DNA of 64,000 nt from Piedraia hortae CBS 480.64 (lineage: Eukaryota), in NCBI GenBank assembly GCA_010093745.1, contig MU005969.1:246334-310333 (forward strand), read 5' to 3'. Shown here piece by piece: positions 58,394 through 64,000 of the stretch. The stretch's first letter is position 1. Each line of letters opens with the position of its first letter. Under the pieces are notes generated by a model. It saw only the letters and a list, made by a program, of their open reading frames with translations. It ran no database searches and was not told the DNA's origin. The position numbers and the translations under genes are program-made.

Positions 58394-60001
58394 TCAACCC
58401 AACTTCCTTTTTTTATTCTTAACCCCCTCATCCTCATTCCACGCCTTTGTAAAAACTTTCTCCTTGCCCTCAAATTTGAGTAGCGCCTCCCTTGGATCCT
58501 CATCCCTCAGTCCTGCAAGTGGGACATTCTTCCTCACATAGTCCTCATCGGGATTGAATCTTCCGAACGGCGTTTGGACCGGAATGTCGGGCCTCCTGGG
58601 ATCTTTGACACTCATCCTTTTCTTCTTGGGCGCCTCAACCTCGTCGCCCTGCGCGGCAGCCGTCAGATCTAGGTTGACCGTATCGAGGGATTCGTCGACA
58701 TGGACCTTTTTCGGAGCACGTGAGAGGACACCTAGGGCGCCATTTGAAGAAAGCTTGGGATCAAAGAGGACGGAAATTCTGCCATCCCCGCCGCCAACAA
58801 GAATCTGGTTCGTTTTCCCGTCCCATAGCACGGACGTCATGGCTGAGTCGTACACTTTGGTGCGCAACTCCTCGGTCAAGGTGGCGGATTGAAGGATAAC
58901 CAGTTCCCCCGTGGGAGACCCGTGCAGGAGATACATAGCATCGGGGGAAAATGAGAGGGCGGACGCTACTCCGCCAGGGGAGGAGATTGTCTTGAGCGGC
59001 TGGGCCATTTGGCGTGTATCGAACAGCAGGATGCGCTCTGCAGATTGAGAGGCCAGGAGACGCGCATTGGCGCCGACACAAAGCGACATGCTCTTGCCTG
59101 ATCCCTCGACCCAGTCCGGAGCAATTTTTGTCTTGGTCTGCGTTCGATTCGGGACGCGAATGTCCCAATGTCCCAGTTCCCCATCGCGTGACAGCGCATA
59201 TATGGCCGTCGCATCGCCCCAACCAACGGCTTCAAATGCAATGCGCCCTGGCCGTAGCATGATGGCGCTCTGCTTGCGCAGTGATGCCATTAGATCCCAT
59301 ACCCGCAACGTTCCATCTGTCCCCGCTGTGATGAATTCGGATGCCCTGCGCGCCGACCATGCTCCTCCGGTTATACCTGAGATGTGGCCCTTTGTGTTCC
59401 GCAGATCAGACAAATAGACGTCGCCCTTGACCGTTTCGGCCAGAGCGACACCGTCGCGTGAGAGAACTTTTGCGTTGGAAGTAGGTGTGATTACCAGTAG
59501 TTTCTGCGACGAGGAGTCGAATGAGGCGGACAGCACGGGCTGTAGCTCCACTCGCGCCGTCTCTGCCTCACGCGTAGCCACTTTGCTGCCTATGGCCCCG
59601 GGCTCAAGAATCGACGGCGTCACGCTTTTGAACGCCTTTAGCGTGCTTAAAGTCATGGATGAGAAGTCATTGAACCCCAGCGTGCTATCCAACGATGCTG
59701 TTACGAGTCTGTTCCCTGAACCATCGACCGCAAGGCTTGTGATGCTCCGCGAGTGGCTGCTAGAGAGCGCCAGGCAGTGACTGGTCGGAAAAACCGGGTC
59801 CTGGTCTCCATCTTCTGAGGACTCATCTGACGAGTCTGCTGTCTTTCTCGTAATGTCCTTGCATTTCGCGGTCAGTGGTTGCCGTCTGGCGGATTCGATT
59901 TGCGCTCCAATATCAACGGCACAGTGGCGCGCACCGAAGCCTTTCGTGCCGAGAAACGACTGTAGCGCTTCTTCTTCTTCAATCTCGGGAGACGAGGACA
60001 T
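58394..60001 (-). CDS. WD40-repeat protein (WDR70-like)
   Basis: FPTSHCL, KGDVYLSDLRNTKGHISGIT, TAGTDGTLRVWD and the C-terminal LRDEDPREALLKF are characteristic of the WDR70 family. The probable ATG is 60001. Confidence 0.8.
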   Translation of the reverse strand: MSSSPEIEEEEALQSFLGTKGFGARHCAVDIGAQIESARRQPLTAKCKDITRKTADSSDESSEDGDQDPVFPTSHCLALSSSHSRSITSLAVDGSGNRLVTASLDSTLGFNDFSSMTLSTLKAFKSVTPSILEPGAIGSKVATREAETARVELQPVLSASFDSSSQKLLVITPTSNAKVLSRDGVALAETVKGDVYLSDLRNTKGHISGITGGAWSARRASEFITAGTDGTLRVWDLMASLRKQSAIMLRPGRIAFEAVGWGDATAIYALSRDGELGHWDIRVPNRTQTKTKIAPDWVEGSGKSMSLCVGANARLLASQSAERILLFDTRQMAQPLKTISSPGGVASALSFSPDAMYLLHGSPTGELVILQSATLTEELRTKVYDSAMTSVLWDGKTNQILVGGGDGRISVLFDPKLSSNGALGVLSRAPKKVHVDESLDTVNLDLTAAAQGDEVEAPKKKRMSVKDPRRPDIPVQTPFGRFNPDEDYVRKNVPLAGLRDEDPREALLKFEGKEKVFTKAWNEDEGVKNKKRKLG

Positions 60002-60564
60002 TAGAGTTAGCATCCATAGTCGTCCTGATGCTGCTATACAATAGGCGATGTTGGAAACGATTACGTAATTCAATGCATGAAGGAGATTGGTCTAACCGTT
60101 TTTGGTCTTTACACAGAGAATGTGAACCTGGTCCACTGAACCACCAGTGCACCTCACTCACCCAGAATAGCGGTGAAGAATATTGCTTTTCCGATAGTTG
60201 CTGGCTACTTATGCAAAAGAAATCGTCTTCAAGCATCGTCTCTGGTCTATGATGAGAATCACTGCAACACCCTGTATGCAGCCCGCAGAAAGTTGATCTC
60301 GCGATGCTCATGTTCGACTGCTTGCAGCGACCCATTCTCTGCACTACGGTTTCTCCTTCCCCCCAACCCACCCCGGAGCTATTCATCTAGAGACTCAGTG
60401 CCCATATACGAAGCTCAAAAAGATAAGTTTACCTTCACACGACACCTCATATCCTTCCATGAAATGATCCCCATGTGTTGTGAGGCTGGCAAGATGTCTT
60501 GGAAACAGAGTCTACATAACACTGAAAGTTACGTAGGGCAGTTTTCTCTCCAAGTTGTATCTCG

Positions 60565-61110
60565 TCACTCATTGGGATCTGATTTTATCCATCCTTGCGG
60601 TGTAGATATCTTCCAATCCCATGGATCCCCCACTTGATTTAGATACTTGCTCCATCGGTCGGCTGCTCCAAGTAACTCTGCCTTGGCCTCGGGACAATTT
60701 TCAAACTTCCTGCCTTTGTTCTTGCAAAGTTCTACCGCGTACTTTGCGTGTTTCAACCTTTGAATAATGCCATCGTACGCCTGGGTCGCATTTGGTTCTC
60801 CGAAGTTGGCAAGCGGCTCATTGAACCATTTCCAATGGTGTCGCATCAAGCGTGCGTCGTCAAAACTTTTCGGATTCGGTGGCTCGCCGGCAGTGATTAA
60901 ATGCGTGTATGACCTGCCCAAGTCCTCATCTGATGGCAAAGCATAAGTGGGGGATTTGAGAACCCTCTCTCTAGGCAAGGGATTTGCCCTGGGTAGAAAG
61001 CATATCGAGACTGTTTGCAAATGTTAAATTTACGCCAATAACAAGGCAAAGGGATGCATGCATAAGAGGAGAGTCACTAAAACGCTCTGGAGGACTGTGA
61101 ATGGATTCAT
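60565..61110 (-). CDS. Small secreted protein A (~164 aa), with a predicted GC-AG intron at 61011-61061
   Basis: Exon 1 MNPFTVLQSVLVTLLL joins in phase 1 to F-SICFLPRANPLP... to give a signal peptide. The C-terminal half is similar to the neighbouring gene. Confidence 0.6.
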
Positions 61111-61488
61111 GTTGGTGACGTATTTGGGCAAGGGGGCCAGCTCTTTCTCTTATCCACAGGCGTCATCTTACGTATGATACTCACAGTTCCTTGTTGCAAA
61201 ACCTATGATATGACTGTACGCGCACGCTATTCCAGAATCTTCTACATAAGCGAATTCCTCTTTATAGCCAATTTTCAGTGCCCTTACTTTTGTCCCCAAG
61301 CACCCGTAGGTACCTGGACACAGCGGATTCCTGACATAGCGGACAGAAGTTTTCTGCTAGATCGATCCGCTACATCCAGGATCGACTGTAGATGATTCCA
61401 TAACTAACCTGAATGGGCTGAACGTGCCCCTGATCGTATAATGGAAACTCACTGCTAGACAACCTCTCTATCGAACTCCCGAGGTTTT

Positions 61489-61969
61489 CTAGTGACTTTG
61501 AATATTTTCCAAAAACAAGCCCAGATACGGGTACGTGTATCGGTGGCCATCTTTGAACGTGATATCTTGTACCCACGGATTGCTGACAGCATTTGTGTAG
61601 TCTTTATACGCGTTGCTCACAACGTGCAGCAGGTGTCTTGCCTCCCAGCATTCTTCCAAGTTTTTCCCTTTCACTTTACAATTGTGTGCAGTCATCTTTG
61701 CTCGCATTAAGTACGCCATCGTGAGATTATAACTTTCCCTCGGAGGTCGATCATGTAGAGGGTTCAAAGTTGAGCCAGCAGTGGGAGGCTTGGTGGGAAT
61801 GGGGCGGCGGAATGGACGCGGAGATCCTCCGTCCGAGATGGGAACAGCAATTGCTATCGGGACTAATTTCGAAGGTCAGAAGCTTTGGTTGCGATCCAGG
61901 AATGGAAATGAGAGGCTGCATACCTAGGAGGAACAACATGAGGCCTCGGAGGATGGCGAGCAAGTCCAT
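61489..61969 (-). CDS. Small secreted protein B (~139 aa), intron 61863-61923
   Basis: MDLLAILRGLMLFLL|VPIAIAVPISDGG... is a signal peptide. The canonical GTATGC...CTGAC...TAG phase-1 intron puts it in frame with ORF 61489-61767. Confidence 0.7.
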
Positions 61970-63492
61970 CTTTTGCTGATCGGGGCGTGAAAATTGTGTT
62001 GTGGTTTCGCACCACGAGTCAGGAAGTTGACTGCCAGAACCTCTGGCGGTATGAGGCGACAACCCTTCTGGGCCAGAGGGATTGAGTCAGACTCCTCGTT
62101 CATTCAGCAAACAAGAACAGAGCCCAGCACTTCGGATTGCGGAACATGAACTTACTCATCCGTGGTTCTGCTTCACCTTCTACACCCTCAGAGATGCCAG
62201 CTAATCAAGCCAATTAACTGTGAGTGCTCTCCAGTCTGTCTCAGTGGGGCTTGTCTCGTCACATTCCCGGACCAATATTCAAGGGCTTGGAACCCAAGGG
62301 CCTAGGTGTGTAACGATAGTGCCACCACTCTCCGGTTTGTTCGCTCAATTTAGACCACATTTCCTCGATATAGCCCTTCCAGATACCATACGTCTTGCTC
62401 TGGCGAGTTCAAGTGGTATACGAGGCTAGAGAAATGAGCGCAAGCAACACGACGAGTTGTGAGTTCAAGATAGATTCGTTGAATTACTTGGATAATGATG
62501 TGATTCCATCTATTCTATTATGCTTTCAAGCAGATATCATATGCGCCGCATTTGGGTTAATAGCTGTCGCCGGGAGTGCAGTCCCATCGCCTCAATTTCT
62601 GCTTGGTCTCAGGTGGACGAACTTGCTTCGCGGATCCCTGCGATGACATCGATTTGATATACTCTTGATACATAGAGGTCAAGGTCACGAAACTGGTCTG
62701 CAAGCATTTATGCATGGTTGGAACTGGTATCCTTTTTCGATTGACAAACTTGTCGTTGCCATGACTTTGGACGGAAAAATTACTAGTGGGCAACTAGTCT
62801 GTCTACTTGTCGAGTAGAATAATAGCCCAGCATGCTAACAGGCCCAGTTTTAGATATGTATCAGTCACCTCCTTTTACCAGATTGTATCTTTTGCGTCTA
62901 TGAGGCAACACACAAAACTGGGCTGATCAGATCACATTAGGCATTAATGTGTACACACGTCGGAGTTGCTTGCCTCCAAGAGCATGCAGCATCAAAAAAT
63001 ACTACTATGACCCTCAAAAGCTGGGGACCGAGTACTCCATGTGTGGTATTTGAGGTACGATTTCAATCAAGGCCGGGCGTTGGGATACTTTGGTATCTAC
63101 ACGACAATGTGGCAGTGTCGACTTTTACTCCGACTTACAGGTAAATTTATCGCCTAAATGGTTCGTCAAGCCACACGCAATAGACGCAAGCTGAAAAAGG
63201 GCACAGTAGGCACTAAGCCTTGCTCTCTGTACAAGAAGCTCAAAGGCTTACAGAAGGACAAGGCTGAAACCGCCAATCCCAAAGATAGAACATAATCGAT
63301 GGAAACAACTCCTTGTCAACCACAGCAAGTTTCGCAAAAAGGTACTTATCGCTTCCAACGGCATGAATAATTCCTTCAAGTGTGGCAGTACAGCAAAATG
63401 AGCAGATCCGCCAACACCAGGATCCATTATCACCTCAGCCTCGGGCCCTGGGTATAAGTACGTGGTGACGGCCTTCTCACCACACCCCCAAG

Positions 63493-64000
63493 ATGTATCC
63501 CAAATCACTTCTTCTAGCAGCCTGTACTTTTGCTCAGATATATGAGTGAGTTTCGTTCGCACCAAGGACCATGCACTGCCAACTTACACAGCCAGTCCAA
63601 TCCAGACATCATCAACCACAGATGCCAGCAGTTTATCCAGCGACGGCCCTTCTTCCCTCACATCTGCACCGGTGTCGATCCCTACAGCTAGTCTTGTTCC
63701 CTCGTCAGTCCTCTCTGCAGACGCATCGTACTTTGAGACCTTTACTTCCAAGCCTCGTGTTCCTCAGCCAACCATGACGTTAGCCAACACCAGTACAGCA
63801 ACGCCCTACCCCCCACCAAACACCACAGAGCCTCTCCCGACATCCGCGCTGCCGCACTTTGTCTCAACCGTATTGGAGGCTGTATCGTCGGGAAAACATT
63901 TCTTGGGCAACCTTCCGAGTCCTTTACAGACGCAGCTCTCCAGCGCATGGGAGGCAGCCACGTCAGTCTACTCGAACCTCCCAACAGGTATCCGGAACGA
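63493..64000 (+). CDS. 5' part of a secreted Ser/Thr/Pro-rich protein running off the window (intron 63546-63595)
   Basis: TATAAG lies at about 63453. The signal-like MYPKSLLLAACTFAQIY is followed by a GTGAGT...CTTAC...CAG intron and then a frame open to the window end (DPIQTSSTTDASSLSSDGPSS...SAWEAATSVYSNLPTGIRN). It is absent from the ORF track because it has no stop. Confidence 0.65.

Noticed and set aside
63248..63565. 105-aa minus-strand ORF
   Set aside because: It starts at TTG, overlaps the promoter and first exon of the better-supported + strand secreted gene, and has no convincing domain.

Overview
This is eukaryotic, filamentous-ascomycete-type DNA from a very compact genome, with introns mostly 42-61 nt (up to about 86 nt in RAI1) and intergenic gaps often under 200 bp. 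It holds about 32 protein-coding genes plus one intron-containing tRNA-Gly(CCC). Most genes are housekeeping: HTD2-like, AVT1-like, PHA2, H2A.Z, ERG3, a PhyH dioxygenase, VPS45, SIZ1-like, CLA4-like PAK, PTH1, RPS1, HAM1, FAP7, PDX1, SES1, GET4, RAI1, LSG1, LTV1, PEX3, an STL1-like sugar porter and a WDR70-like gene. The main candidate for an undescribed system is a three-gene glycan module at 37.4-43.4 kb. It encodes a GH16-acyltransferase-3 fusion, a GT2-like membrane protein and a second acyltransferase-3. All three carry degenerate catalytic motifs, and the two acyltransferase domains have lost complementary halves of the R-X10-H motif. Also notable are a ~3,200-aa secreted Ser/Thr-rich protein with nine Cys-rich PAN/Apple-like modules, a tandem pair of paralogous small secreted proteins (one apparently using a GC-AG intron), a stop-riddled pseudogene beside a palindromic repeat array at the left end, and a CCCCGC/GCGGGG motif recurring upstream of many start codons. 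Exon structures were inferred by eye from splice signals and reading frames. No database searches were run.
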